Virus record (IMG/VR): IMGVR_UViG_3300045391_006990
Span: 1-64,000 of that record
Source: a virus
Strand: one strand, 5' to 3'
Length of the DNA: 64,000 nt
The notes under the pieces are model-generated. The model was given only the letters and a program-made list of their open reading frames with translations, was not told where the DNA came from and did not search any database. How positions within the stretch are numbered: the stretch's first letter is position 1; every line of letters begins with the position of its first letter. Below are positions 18,414 to 28,186 of this stretch, in pieces. The translations under genes were made by a program, and so were the position numbers.

Positions 18414-18820
18414 TCGTCGTCGTCCGCAGCGTTGATCGTGAGCCCCATCTTCTGCTTCACGAGACCCTTGATCGACTGGTACAAGAAGCCGGCAAACCAA
18501 CCCACGCAGCCTCCGAAGGCAATACGCCCACCCTTGTCGCCAATGCCATCGAAGAAGAATTCACTCTTCATGAGGGGGCTCAGGGCACCTAAAGCCACCG
18601 GCATTGCGGCCAAGATCACGGTGTTCCACCAGCGGGCAGCCGGCGTAAGGTAGGTCACCTTCGGGCTGTTCTCATCATGCTGCTTCTTCAGAGAAGGCCA
18701 GATGTTCTCAACGACACGACGGATGAAGAAGACCACTACGAATACGATGACCGCCAACACATAGGTGCCTGGTCGCGTCAGTAGTGCGATGATGTCGAGG
18801 TCTTGTTGAACCTGTTCCAT
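18410..18820 (-). CDS. Putative holin
   Basis: 136 aa, 2-3 TM helices, charged C-terminus. Confidence 0.55.
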   Translation of the reverse strand: MEQVQQDLDIIALLTRPGTYVLAVIVFVVVFFIRRVVENIWPSLKKQHDENSPKVTYLTPAARWWNTVILAAMPVALGALSPLMKSEFFFDGIGDKGGRIAFGGCVGWFAGFLYQSIKGLVKQKMGLTINAADDDE

Positions 18821-18829
18821 GCTAGCTCC

Positions 18830-20944
18830 TTACATAGAATAGTCGGTGCGCGTCGCCAACCACGCGGTGCCTACGAACGGCGTCGAAAACGTGATGTAGG
18901 TGAACTGGTAGCTGACCACGACGGTCTCGGAGACGATGGCGCCTACGTTTAGCGGCAGCACACCATCGGAGTCTGAGAACACAAAAGTACCTGGCCAGGT
19001 CATGCTCACTGCCGGCGTACCCGACGGAATGATGATGTCCAACCGGAACTTGTCACCGGGCTCGGCGATGTAACCCTTTGTTGTATCGATTGCGAACGTG
19101 ATCGGAGACGGATTCGTTGTCCAATTCGTAGTCGGACGAATGATGACGTGACCACCCGTCAGCGGGTCCCAAGATACGGAACCACCGCCGTTGGCGACAG
19201 TGAAGGTCTGCACCACCGTGCTGTTCATGCTCAACCGCTGCTTGCCGCCTGCGGTGACGATGCCACCGTCGCCGTACAAGAAACCCTTGTAGGACAGCGT
19301 GCCGTCCAAATCGAAGCCGCCCCAAGCCATGGCCTGCAGTACGAACTGATTGGTGATGCCTAGGTCTCTACGCGATAGTGCCGACATAAATGCGGCGTAG
19401 GGCACAATGGCGTTGGCGTCGTAGGCGCTATGCAGAGCACCAGGGGCTGCGACGAAGAAGTGTGGCGTTCCTTGGTTATCGGTAGCGGCACGATGAGTAC
19501 CGCCGATCGATACCGTCGGCTGCAGCCAACGCAGGCGCACCGAGGCTGATGCACCAGACGGTCCGATTGGAGGATTGGCGCCAGTAAGCGCTTTCACCGT
19601 TACGCGGGTCGTGCTCAAAATAGAGTCGACGCGGTATGTACCGACGACCTGCCCCGTCGCATTGTTCGTTACCTCGATAAGATCGGAACGACGCAAACCA
19701 GTGCGGTTGCTGCCGTCTTTAACGAAGTCAGAGCCGCCTACCTGCAGCGTACGCCGGCTAGTAGAGTCAGTCAGCGCGTCCGGGTTTGCTGTCGCCACTG
19801 CGGCGGGGTTGATGCGCGTGAAAGAGTTACCGCCACCAATGCTGTTAGCAATAACCTGGCGCGGAATCATGTCGAGGAGCAACGGACCCGTTACATGCCC
19901 GGATGCCACTTCATTGGCGTCGGATGTGTTGTGGTAGGGCGATTCCTGCACGATGCCGACGTCGCCGCCGCGTGTCAGGTCGTAAGTGGTGCCACTCACC
20001 GGCGACACGCGCTTGAGGCGCATCATCGCAAAAATCGGATCCGGGTACTTGTCGACGCCTACCGTGCCGACAGTGTCGAGCAAGTACGTGGGTCCTCGGA
20101 ACTCCACGGCGCCGCCGTCGCGAACGATGAAGCCGCCGTTTCCGGGCGTGTCCACAGCCAGGGCCGGAGCGCTGGTCGAAGCCAAGCGGTAGCGCCCGTC
20201 GAGACCGGTGAGCGCCAACGACGCGATGGTCGCCGTCCAGGGATCGTTCCAGGTGGTGCCTGAGACGTTGTGCAGGTCACGCAGCACGCGCTCGACCTCA
20301 CCCGACACCTCTTGGGCACCGCGAATCTTGATGTTCGTGAAAGCGTCTTTGGGCAAGCTCGCCAAGTTGGTGCGCTCGCCGTAGTAGACGCGGTACGTCG
20401 TACCTGTCGGTATGGCCACGTTGAGGGCTACTGTCGGCGCTGTGAAGAAGCCCGAGCTCTGCGTACCCACCACGTTGTTAAGTGCGCCATCGTGAATGAG
20501 GGAGGCCTTCACCGTCACGCCGGCGCTGGTGATGATCTCGTTGTCGTTGTTGTCGAGAATGCTGACGAGCAGGTCACGATTCGCCTGGTTGTTGGCGATG
20601 CCGAATTCACCCACGAAGATCTGCCCCGACAATACGATGGAGCTCACCGGCGCGCCGGCGGTCACATCCGCTGTACGCGAGGTGATCGCGATGTCCCGGT
20701 GCAGCAGGTTGTCCAAGAAGTCGGTGTTCTCGGACAGTGCTTTGAATCCGCGGTTGGCATCTGCAGAAGTAGCATCTTCACCGAACGCAACAAAGTACGT
20801 GCCTTGGTTGGGGCCCGATCCCTTCTTGCTGTCTGCAAAAGCATCGGAGCCCGGATCGCCATTGAGCGACGGGCTGTTGATGTAATCGTAGCCGCCGGGA
20901 AGGCCGCCGTAATAGGTGGGTACTACTAGTCGATGAAACGCCAT
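18830..20944 (-). CDS. Virion structural (tail/baseplate-associated) protein
   Basis: 704 aa, Gly/Thr/Ser-rich, beta-rich; structural operon. Confidence 0.6.
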   Translation of the reverse strand: MAFHRLVVPTYYGGLPGGYDYINSPSLNGDPGSDAFADSKKGSGPNQGTYFVAFGEDATSADANRGFKALSENTDFLDNLLHRDIAITSRTADVTAGAPVSSIVLSGQIFVGEFGIANNQANRDLLVSILDNNDNEIITSAGVTVKASLIHDGALNNVVGTQSSGFFTAPTVALNVAIPTGTTYRVYYGERTNLASLPKDAFTNIKIRGAQEVSGEVERVLRDLHNVSGTTWNDPWTATIASLALTGLDGRYRLASTSAPALAVDTPGNGGFIVRDGGAVEFRGPTYLLDTVGTVGVDKYPDPIFAMMRLKRVSPVSGTTYDLTRGGDVGIVQESPYHNTSDANEVASGHVTGPLLLDMIPRQVIANSIGGGNSFTRINPAAVATANPDALTDSTSRRTLQVGGSDFVKDGSNRTGLRRSDLIEVTNNATGQVVGTYRVDSILSTTRVTVKALTGANPPIGPSGASASVRLRWLQPTVSIGGTHRAATDNQGTPHFFVAAPGALHSAYDANAIVPYAAFMSALSRRDLGITNQFVLQAMAWGGFDLDGTLSYKGFLYGDGGIVTAGGKQRLSMNSTVVQTFTVANGGGSVSWDPLTGGHVIIRPTTNWTTNPSPITFAIDTTKGYIAEPGDKFRLDIIIPSGTPAVSMTWPGTFVFSDSDGVLPLNVGAIVSETVVVSYQFTYITFSTPFVGTAWLATRTDYSM

Positions 20945-20948
20945 GGAT

Positions 20949-21578
20949 TCAGAACCTCACCGTCCACTCGACCTCGAGCTCGAGAGCGCCGGTCTTGGAA
21001 ATCGTGTCGAACGTGTCGTAAGCAACGCCCGTGTTGAAGGGCTGGCCGATCGGATTCGCAGCGGAGGTGAATAGCATCACCTCACTGAGCGGCACGGTCG
21101 TAAACGACGAGTAGCTCACTTCCGTCTGCGTGAAGAGCCGACGGAAGGTGACCTGCGTCGCCGTGTTGTGAATTGGAGGGGCCTGGATGGTACCGAGCCA
21201 GACGTCGGCCGGGTTGTATGGGTCGGTCGGCCCCGTTGTAGAGCCAGAGACGCGTACCGGGCGCTCGAGTGTCGTCACCGAGGGGTCGGTGTCTGTCTGC
21301 AGGTTCGTACCTGGATAAGCCACCGACATGGGTGCGACATTGGCTACGCCGGGGGCTACTTGTCGGGTGCCGCCGATGCCGAAGCCCATGTACTTGATGC
21401 GGTCGTTGCGCTCAGGCGTGTCCGGCCCATACGAGACGAGCGCAATGAGCGACGCCAAGTACTCGCGACCGAGGTCGATCCAGATGTTGTGGCCGTCGCG
21501 GCGTTGAACCACCTTACCCCGCTCCCTTGCGGTAATACGGAGGTTGTTCTTGACCTCGACTGTCTCTTGGAACCTCAT
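20949..21578 (-). CDS. Tail/baseplate structural protein
   Basis: 'HNIWIDLGREYLA...YMGFGIGG...LSEVMLF...FDTISKTGALELEVEWTVRF' tail-collar-like pattern. Confidence 0.6.
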   Translation of the reverse strand: MRFQETVEVKNNLRITARERGKVVQRRDGHNIWIDLGREYLASLIALVSYGPDTPERNDRIKYMGFGIGGTRQVAPGVANVAPMSVAYPGTNLQTDTDPSVTTLERPVRVSGSTTGPTDPYNPADVWLGTIQAPPIHNTATQVTFRRLFTQTEVSYSSFTTVPLSEVMLFTSAANPIGQPFNTGVAYDTFDTISKTGALELEVEWTVRF

Positions 21579-21591
21579 CCTACTTCTCGCG

Positions 21592-21600
21592 ATTCTACCA
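21592..21600 (-). promoter_or_regulatory. Extended -10 element TGG-TAGAAT
   Basis: 13 nt upstream of the 21578 ATG. Confidence 0.5.
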
Positions 21601-21606
21601 TGAAGG

Positions 21607-24600
21607 TTAGGCCACTTTGATGAAGCAGTAGTCACCGGCCGGGATGCCGGTGTCGTACTGAAACGCAATGGCCGTTTGGAAAAGGGTGATGGACACGTAG
21701 GGCCACGTCGGCGTACGCGCGCCGCCGCTCGCGGGCCGAATGCGGCACTCGATGGTATTGCCAGAAGTAACCGCCAGCACGGCGGCTACTTGCAAGATTA
21801 CGCCAGAGGGCGTGACGGTGACTGGCACCACGAGAGAATCGACACCGTTTTTCTCGATGACAATTTCATAGTCGCCTAGGTTGCCGGCACCCAAAGTACC
21901 GCTCACAACAAGGCGTAGTTGCTCGATCGAGCCGGTCACAGTCACGTTGGAGACGCCAGGTAGGCTAAGCCCTGCCGGGCCTGCCGGGACCGACACCACG
22001 CCTGTTGTCGTGAAGTGGTGTGACGGGGAATTCACCGCGTCGAACTCGAAACCACCGTCGAAGGGCACCACACCGCCTGGATGGGTGAGGCAATACGAAA
22101 AGGCGACTTCATCCTCCGGGCACAGGTAATTCTTGTCGAAGCCCCATGTCACAGCTTGCGACGTAGGATACGTAGGACCGGAGGTGCTGGGATCGAAGTC
22201 TGCGTCGTAGCGGTTGCGCGAGCCGCCACCAGCCGCGCGATAGTCGTCCCACATCGTCGACTCGCCTTTGGTGCCGTTGAAGCATGCGCCGTCATTCAAG
22301 ACGAGGGTTGCCGCGTATGAGATTTCATCAGTGACGCTCACCTCCGTATCACCAACCTGTGCTCGCACAACGAAGAGCGGGTAGGTATAGTTCGGCTTCA
22401 CGCGCAAGGTGAAATCACGCACGAACATCAGCGCGCTCAAATTGAACGCAGCGCTGTCGACACGCACCATGAACTTGTGGAACTTCTCGACCTCGAAGAA
22501 GACACCCTGATTCAAGATGCCCTGAAACCACTTCGGGTCCTTCACGTAGTCGACCACCTCTGCGCCCTGCACGAGCGGCGCGAATTGCTCGACGCTATCG
22601 CCGACGGCGTAGGCGACCCCAGTAGCCGGATTGATCTCAAGTGGCAGTGAATTCGGAAAGGAGTACGAGCGCACCACCGCTGTGTTGGCAGAGTCGCGTA
22701 GCAGGATACGCCCCTGCGTCGGAGAGAAGTCGGTGCGGATCTCCTCGATGGTGCCAGGTTCTTCGGCGTACGGTAGGCCCAACAAGATTTGCGCACCGAC
22801 GCGCAGGTTGAACATGGTCGGGCCATTGAGGTACGAGTACCAAAGCCCGCGCACTGCCGATAGATAGTCGAGGTCCGAGTCGAGCTCGGAAAGCTGGTCC
22901 AACGTGAACCCAGCGGGGATGCCGAAGTTGGCTTCGATGGTCGGCCGGTTATCGAGATAGGTGGTCTCGGCCCACAAACGGTCGGGCGGGATCTCGCCTT
23001 CCCACACATCGCCCGGGTCACCTACTTGCCCGGAAACAAAGCGCAGCGAATTGGCGCCGCGGAACGGTTCGATGAAGAAGTCGACGTTGCGCCGCAGGAG
23101 CGAAGCGTCGTTGGTCTCGGCAATCTTCTCCTGCAGCCCAGGCACATCCTGCACCAAATCACCGATGGGCAGATGCGTACGGCGTGTGACGTAGGCCAGC
23201 TTTACCGAAGTAGAGTCTGCCGAAAAACTAGCCAACACGAATGAGGTCCCCAGCACACCCATAGTGCCAGGTACCTGCTGGCAAGCGCCGGCTACTGATG
23301 CAGGTACCAGGACTATGCCTGTGGTGGTGCTCACCTCGAACACGGCCGTGTCGTTGGCGCTGACCATGCCGTTGTAGAAATCGAGCAGGCGGCTCGACAC
23401 CTGCATGGGAATACTCCACGCCGTGCCCGGAAGAAGCGGCAGGTCGGTGGCGACGATGACACGTTGGAAGCGGTAGTCATCGGCAGCGTCGTCGATGACA
23501 CGTATAATTTTGTAAGCTTCCCCGCCCACTACGATGAGGTCACCTTCACTGATCCCAAGCCCGGCGAGCGTATAGTCGACCTTGAACGTGCGCGAGCTCA
23601 GACGCTGCCCGTCCGTTCCACTCGGGTAGCTGTTCAGCGTACCGATGGTGAATAGCCCGAGCGTCGTACTGGCGCCGATGGCGAACAAGAACGGGGCGTA
23701 GATACGTACCTTGAAAGTACCGCCGGGCACTGTGACCACATCCACCGCATAGCGCGGGTCCTTGGCTTGAAGTACCAACCGGATGCGTGAGGCTATTGCC
23801 TGAGGGGTGTAGGGATCTGCAGTTGGAAAAGAAACCCGAATCGGATCATGAACCGGTGACGTAATTTCCAACAGACCATTGCTAATGCCCAAGTTGCCCG
23901 ACGCAGGGATCGCAGGTGAATTCAGACCGTAGTAGACCGTGCGTAGGGAGGTGAGCTGCGGCAGAGGCTCCGGCAACTTCAAGTCGTAGTGCAACCAGCG
24001 GCGTTGGAAGGTGCGCTGAATGTCGCGCAAGCTCTTCGAGTAGTCGACCTGCCAGAGCGTGAGGAGCTCAGCAGCTGCTACTTGAGCCATACCCTCCCAC
24101 ATCGTCTGAATGCGCTCAGGGTCTTCAACGAGCTTCCAGAAGTCGCTCATGTGCTGCCACACGAAGCCGAGGTCTGGAATGATGCCCTTTGGAACCGAGC
24201 TCTCGAGCACGTTGATGATGGTCACCGCCGGCGAGCTCAGGTACTGCCCGTCGAACACAACCAGGTCGAAGCGATAGATGCCAGGCACGTCCGGAAAGAA
24301 CGAGGGTGTGACGGAAGTCGGATTGGTAATTGCGCGCTGACGCAGCAACTTGAAAAAGACGTTCACCAAATTGTCCGCCAGAACGTTGTCGCTGAGCTCG
24401 ACGTAGAAGCCGGTACCGTCCACGCCGGTGCTGGCAACGGAATAGGCATTGCCGCCGAATAGGAGCACGTCACCAACCTGAATCGGGTCGTCGACATCCA
24501 GGCTGCCCAGTTGCGCCGAGTAGAACTTGAAGGCCGTGCCATCCGGAACGGGCTGCGGAACAGTGAACCCGTCGCTTCCTTCGAACGAGTACGCGCTCGA

Positions 24601-25488
24601 GATAGGAGCGTCGATCAAGCGCCAGCTGTACGTGATGTTGCCGCCTTCTGGGTCAAAGCTGGCCGAGCCATCTAGTAGGCCCAACGTGCAGGTACGCATC
24701 GACTGGTCACGCCCAGCGTCGGCACGCGGCGGGATGTTCGGCATGACCAAGCCCGTGCCCATGCACAGTTGGTCAAATAGAACGGAAGTTGCGCGAGAAG
24801 CAGTGCCCCGCACGCTAACTCGAGCTCCGTCACCAACAGACGGTCCGGTAGGAATCGAAGGCAGGATGGCGATGAGCTGGTGGCCGGTGTAAGGCAGGTC
24901 CGCGCTCTTCGTTGCGAAGATGTACGTGGTCGAAGTGCTGGCGTCGACAGCGATACGAAAGGTGTATTGAATGCCCTCTTGAATGAGGCTGGCTGTACCC
25001 GGGATGATTTGCAGCGGGCCGTTCAGGATGAGGTCACCGCCACCGCTAAGACGCACCGCTCCTGTGTAGGCAAGACCTGACTGTGAGACGAAGAGACCGC
25101 CCGATACCCCACTCTGATCTTGGCAGCCAAAGTAGACGTGTGCGTGCACCAAGTCGGCGAGGTCGGGAGGCAGGCTCGAAAATGTGGCGATGCACTGCAG
25201 AGTGAATGAGGCAGGCACGGCAGACGACACAACCAGCAAAGCGTCGTCCGTAGGATCGCTGCCGCCACTCTTGGCACGAAGGTCGTCCCCCTCGATGCTA
25301 AACTGGCTACCCGCATCCACCACCGTCACGCTTGGCGACAACAGGATCTGGCCCATCGACGTGGCGTCGTCGAAGAAGCAGAACAAGTCGAAGCCGACAG
25401 GAGGATCTGGCGGTGGCGTGAAGCTCTGCGGTAGCAGAAATCCACCCCACGGTGTGAAGCCCCAGCCAGTACCCCAACCACCGCTCAT
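21607..25488 (-). CDS. Large baseplate-wedge-like protein with a PKD domain
   Basis: 'PPRADAGRDQ...LDGSASFDPEG..ITYSW'; 'YLSAVRGLWYSYLNGPT'; 'LRVKPNYT'. Confidence 0.6.
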   Translation of the reverse strand: MSGGWGTGWGFTPWGGFLLPQSFTPPPDPPVGFDLFCFFDDATSMGQILLSPSVTVVDAGSQFSIEGDDLRAKSGGSDPTDDALLVVSSAVPASFTLQCIATFSSLPPDLADLVHAHVYFGCQDQSGVSGGLFVSQSGLAYTGAVRLSGGGDLILNGPLQIIPGTASLIQEGIQYTFRIAVDASTSTTYIFATKSADLPYTGHQLIAILPSIPTGPSVGDGARVSVRGTASRATSVLFDQLCMGTGLVMPNIPPRADAGRDQSMRTCTLGLLDGSASFDPEGGNITYSWRLIDAPISSAYSFEGSDGFTVPQPVPDGTAFKFYSAQLGSLDVDDPIQVGDVLLFGGNAYSVASTGVDGTGFYVELSDNVLADNLVNVFFKLLRQRAITNPTSVTPSFFPDVPGIYRFDLVVFDGQYLSSPAVTIINVLESSVPKGIIPDLGFVWQHMSDFWKLVEDPERIQTMWEGMAQVAAAELLTLWQVDYSKSLRDIQRTFQRRWLHYDLKLPEPLPQLTSLRTVYYGLNSPAIPASGNLGISNGLLEITSPVHDPIRVSFPTADPYTPQAIASRIRLVLQAKDPRYAVDVVTVPGGTFKVRIYAPFLFAIGASTTLGLFTIGTLNSYPSGTDGQRLSSRTFKVDYTLAGLGISEGDLIVVGGEAYKIIRVIDDAADDYRFQRVIVATDLPLLPGTAWSIPMQVSSRLLDFYNGMVSANDTAVFEVSTTTGIVLVPASVAGACQQVPGTMGVLGTSFVLASFSADSTSVKLAYVTRRTHLPIGDLVQDVPGLQEKIAETNDASLLRRNVDFFIEPFRGANSLRFVSGQVGDPGDVWEGEIPPDRLWAETTYLDNRPTIEANFGIPAGFTLDQLSELDSDLDYLSAVRGLWYSYLNGPTMFNLRVGAQILLGLPYAEEPGTIEEIRTDFSPTQGRILLRDSANTAVVRSYSFPNSLPLEINPATGVAYAVGDSVEQFAPLVQGAEVVDYVKDPKWFQGILNQGVFFEVEKFHKFMVRVDSAAFNLSALMFVRDFTLRVKPNYTYPLFVVRAQVGDTEVSVTDEISYAATLVLNDGACFNGTKGESTMWDDYRAAGGGSRNRYDADFDPSTSGPTYPTSQAVTWGFDKNYLCPEDEVAFSYCLTHPGGVVPFDGGFEFDAVNSPSHHFTTTGVVSVPAGPAGLSLPGVSNVTVTGSIEQLRLVVSGTLGAGNLGDYEIVIEKNGVDSLVVPVTVTPSGVILQVAAVLAVTSGNTIECRIRPASGGARTPTWPYVSITLFQTAIAFQYDTGIPAGDYCFIKVA

Positions 25489-25541
25489 GTAGCACCCCGC
25501 AGGCAGTAAGAAAACAGGTCGCGGCGCATGGTCGGAACCCT

Positions 25542-25547
25542 ATTATA
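25542..25547 (-). promoter_or_regulatory. sigma70-type -10 box TATAAT
   Basis: Perfect TATAAT in GC-rich intergenic DNA upstream of the 25488 start. Confidence 0.55.
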
Positions 25548-25596
25548 GGCCAAGGCGGTTGGGCAACCGCCGAACGACCACGCGCCGCGTGTGGGC

Positions 25597-25899
25597 TCAG
25601 CCGTCGCTGGCTTGTACTGCCTTAGGCTCGGGCCACTGCCATGCGTCTGGGAGGTGTCCCCAATGGTGCTTCGCTGGCTCGAGCGAGTACGGCACATTCG
25701 TCTTGGAGTGGTACTGGCCTTCGATGTCGCCGAAGAACACGCGCAGGTCCAGCCGCGGCGGCTCGGACTTCTTGTCCTTCTCGACGGGGTAGACCTTCTC
25801 GACCAAGGCCGGGAAGGGCCCTCGGTAAGGGTTACCCTCGGCGTAATAGACGACCTTCGCGTCTTTCTCCAAAGTCGGTGTCTTCGGCATCTGCGTCAC
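25597..25899 (-). CDS. Hypothetical protein
   Basis: Operonic; good codon bias. Confidence 0.55.
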   Translation of the reverse strand: MTQMPKTPTLEKDAKVVYYAEGNPYRGPFPALVEKVYPVEKDKKSEPPRLDLRVFFGDIEGQYHSKTNVPYSLEPAKHHWGHLPDAWQWPEPKAVQASDG

Positions 25900-25902
25900 C
25901 TT

Positions 25903-26343
25903 TCAGTTTGCGGGGGCTTCGTCTGCTTTCGGAGCTTCTGGCGTCGGCGTCGACTCGTCGGGTGCCATACTTTTCGTAGGAGATGGCACCACCTCCGCTG
26001 CCTCCAAGATGGCGTCGATGTGAGGCAAGTACATGCGCTTCGGCACGATCTGATCCGTCGGGATGCCATTCCGGAAAATTTGATTCGAAGGCATCTGGAA
26101 CTGCTCACTGTTCACGTACGACTGCACTAACTCGCAGAGCTCCGTAGGCCACGCCACAATGGCAGCTGGATCTCTCTCTGCCTTCTCGACTGCGTCGATG
26201 AGCTTACCGCCCTTACGAGCGCCAGACACGCTGGCGAATTGTGGCATGCGGTCGATGATGTGCTCGACCGTCATCTTAAACGACCACCCGAAGTTCAAAG
26301 GCTCGGGGATCTTGAAGTACAGTGTATCGCTCTTCTTTGACAT
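25903..26343 (-). CDS. Hypothetical protein
   Basis: AGGAG RBS; operonic. Confidence 0.6.
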   Translation of the reverse strand: MSKKSDTLYFKIPEPLNFGWSFKMTVEHIIDRMPQFASVSGARKGGKLIDAVEKAERDPAAIVAWPTELCELVQSYVNSEQFQMPSNQIFRNGIPTDQIVPKRMYLPHIDAILEAAEVVPSPTKSMAPDESTPTPEAPKADEAPAN

Positions 26344-26406
26344 GAGACTCCTGCTTGGGGGCTGGGGCGCCCTTACAGCTATGAGTACCTTGTAGATGAA
26401 CTTCCT

Positions 26407-26589
26407 TCAAGCCCCAGGGTGATTGTAGGGGCTCACCTTCACGTTACGGCCGATTTTCACGTTACGGCCGAAGCGTACCGGCGCCGCCTGGTCAGGTACT
26501 ACTGTCGTCTCCATCGGCATGTAGCCGAGCTCTACTTGCTCACCATCCCGTAGAAATTCAACGTTACGTAGGTTGACCGAAATCTCCAT
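26407..26589 (-). CDS. Small protein with a duplicated 'GRNVK' motif
   Basis: 'FGRNVKIGRNVKV'; starts 3 nt after the upstream stop. Confidence 0.4.
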   Translation of the reverse strand: MEISVNLRNVEFLRDGEQVELGYMPMETTVVPDQAAPVRFGRNVKIGRNVKVSPYNHPGA

Positions 26590-26592
26590 GGC

Positions 26593-27390
26593 TTACCTTT
26601 TGATGAAATCGAGTGAGCCAGCCACTAAGTACGTGCTGGTTATGTTGGTACAATGAAGCACAACTATACAAGCGTCGGATTGTATCGGCTCGAAGAAGCA
26701 ACCTAGGTGCTTCACCATGTCGTAGGGCATCCCCTCGTCGTTGAGTTCGAACCACGGCAGTGCGGCTAGCGGCCTGAACAAAGTAACGCCAAACGCCCCC
26801 GCGGTGCCTGTGGAGGCAGCAAGCGTAACGCTCTCCACTGACCGCACGCCGACGTCGCCGGCTTGTAGGGGCACTAGCTGCACTTGAGAAGCTTGCCGAT
26901 CATTTGTTCCGCCAAACGTCACGGCGGGGCTAGTGCGGCCGGCCACTCCTGCGCTGTTGGTATAGCTCACCGTTGCAGTAGTGGCTGTTGTACCAACCGC
27001 CGTCGTGATCTCTAGCGAGGCCATCACGCCGACGCCGCTGGTGTAGCGAGTCAACGCGGCTGTCGGAAGGTTCGTCGTCTGCGCCGTCGTAACCGTGCCG
27101 CTCAATCCACCTTGGTGACTCAAACGATCGGCGATGATGAACGAACCACCACCACCTCTTCCTATAGCAATAGTCTTGATCCAAGCCGTCAACCCGGGCG
27201 GCCAGCCCAACAAGCTGCCTAACGTTGAAGCATCAGGCGCCGCAGCTGTTGTCGGTGCTGCTGCATTGAAAGGACTACTAGTCCATCTTGAGTAGAGACG
27301 GGCCGATGTAGTCGTAAGCGCCGCCTTGAGGTATGACGCGCGCGCGTACGGCTTTGCACTCTTGAACGCAGCATAGGTTGCGATGGCCAT
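26593..27390 (-). CDS. Virion accessory protein, paralogue 4 of 4
   Basis: 'DRLSHQGGLSGTVTTAQT...TRYTSGVGV...PLQAGDVGVRSVESVTLAASTGTAG'. Confidence 0.7.
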   Translation of the reverse strand: MAIATYAAFKSAKPYARASYLKAALTTTSARLYSRWTSSPFNAAAPTTAAAPDASTLGSLLGWPPGLTAWIKTIAIGRGGGGSFIIADRLSHQGGLSGTVTTAQTTNLPTAALTRYTSGVGVMASLEITTAVGTTATTATVSYTNSAGVAGRTSPAVTFGGTNDRQASQVQLVPLQAGDVGVRSVESVTLAASTGTAGAFGVTLFRPLAALPWFELNDEGMPYDMVKHLGCFFEPIQSDACIVVLHCTNITSTYLVAGSLDFIKR

Positions 27391-27391
27391 G

Positions 27392-28183
27392 TCACGGCGC
27401 CTTGATCAATTCGATCGTGGAGGAGTTTAGCCAAAGGGCTGTCGTGTGCGAACAGTGCATGACAGCGAGGCAAGCGTCTTGCTGAACCTTTTCGAAAAAG
27501 CAGCCAAGGTCCCGTACCATGTCTAGCCGTGGCGACGAGCAGATGTCCGGAGACGTAACTGCCAACAGTGGTTTCCACAATGTGATGCCACTTACGCCAA
27601 CAGTACCTGTAGTACCAGCGAAGGTTGCGCTCTCCACCGAACGCACGCCCACATCGCCAGCTTGTAAGGGCAGGGGGATGACCATGTTACCGGTACGATC
27701 ATTTGTTCCACCAACCGTCACGGCGGGGCTAGTACGACCAGCTGCGCCCGCGCTGTTGGTATAACTCACCGTAAGCGTGGTGGCAGTCGTACCAATCGAA
27801 CCGTAGATGTCGTACATCATCAGCACGCCGACGCCGCTGGTGTAGCGAGTCAACGCGGGCGTCGGCAAATTTGTCGTTTGCGTCGTCGTAACTGTTGCGT
27901 CGAGCCCTACCGTCTGCACCAACCGATCGTAAACAAGTACAACACCACCTGCGGCGTGGCTCCCAATGTACCTCGAGATGTAGGTGGCAAGTCCAGTAGG
28001 CGTGCCTCTCAAGACGCCAGCGTTCGAGGCATCGAGAGCGCCCGTAGTAGAAACGCCTGCAAACGGAGCTAACGCCCAGCGATCCCACACACGGCCGGCT
28101 ATTGTCGTTATGTTGTTCTTCCCTAGCGAAACGCGTGCGTACGGTTTTGCACTTCGGTAGGCAGCGTAGGTAGTAATGGCCAT
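27392..28183 (-). CDS. Virion accessory protein, paralogue 3 of 4
   Basis: Same motifs; DNA-level identity with paralogue 4. Confidence 0.7.
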   Translation of the reverse strand: MAITTYAAYRSAKPYARVSLGKNNITTIAGRVWDRWALAPFAGVSTTGALDASNAGVLRGTPTGLATYISRYIGSHAAGGVVLVYDRLVQTVGLDATVTTTQTTNLPTPALTRYTSGVGVLMMYDIYGSIGTTATTLTVSYTNSAGAAGRTSPAVTVGGTNDRTGNMVIPLPLQAGDVGVRSVESATFAGTTGTVGVSGITLWKPLLAVTSPDICSSPRLDMVRDLGCFFEKVQQDACLAVMHCSHTTALWLNSSTIELIKAP

Positions 28184-28186
28184 GGC

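Noticed and set aside
25597-26343. Tail-assembly-chaperone frameshift pair
   Set aside because: No slippery heptamer at the junction and no adjacent tape-measure gene.
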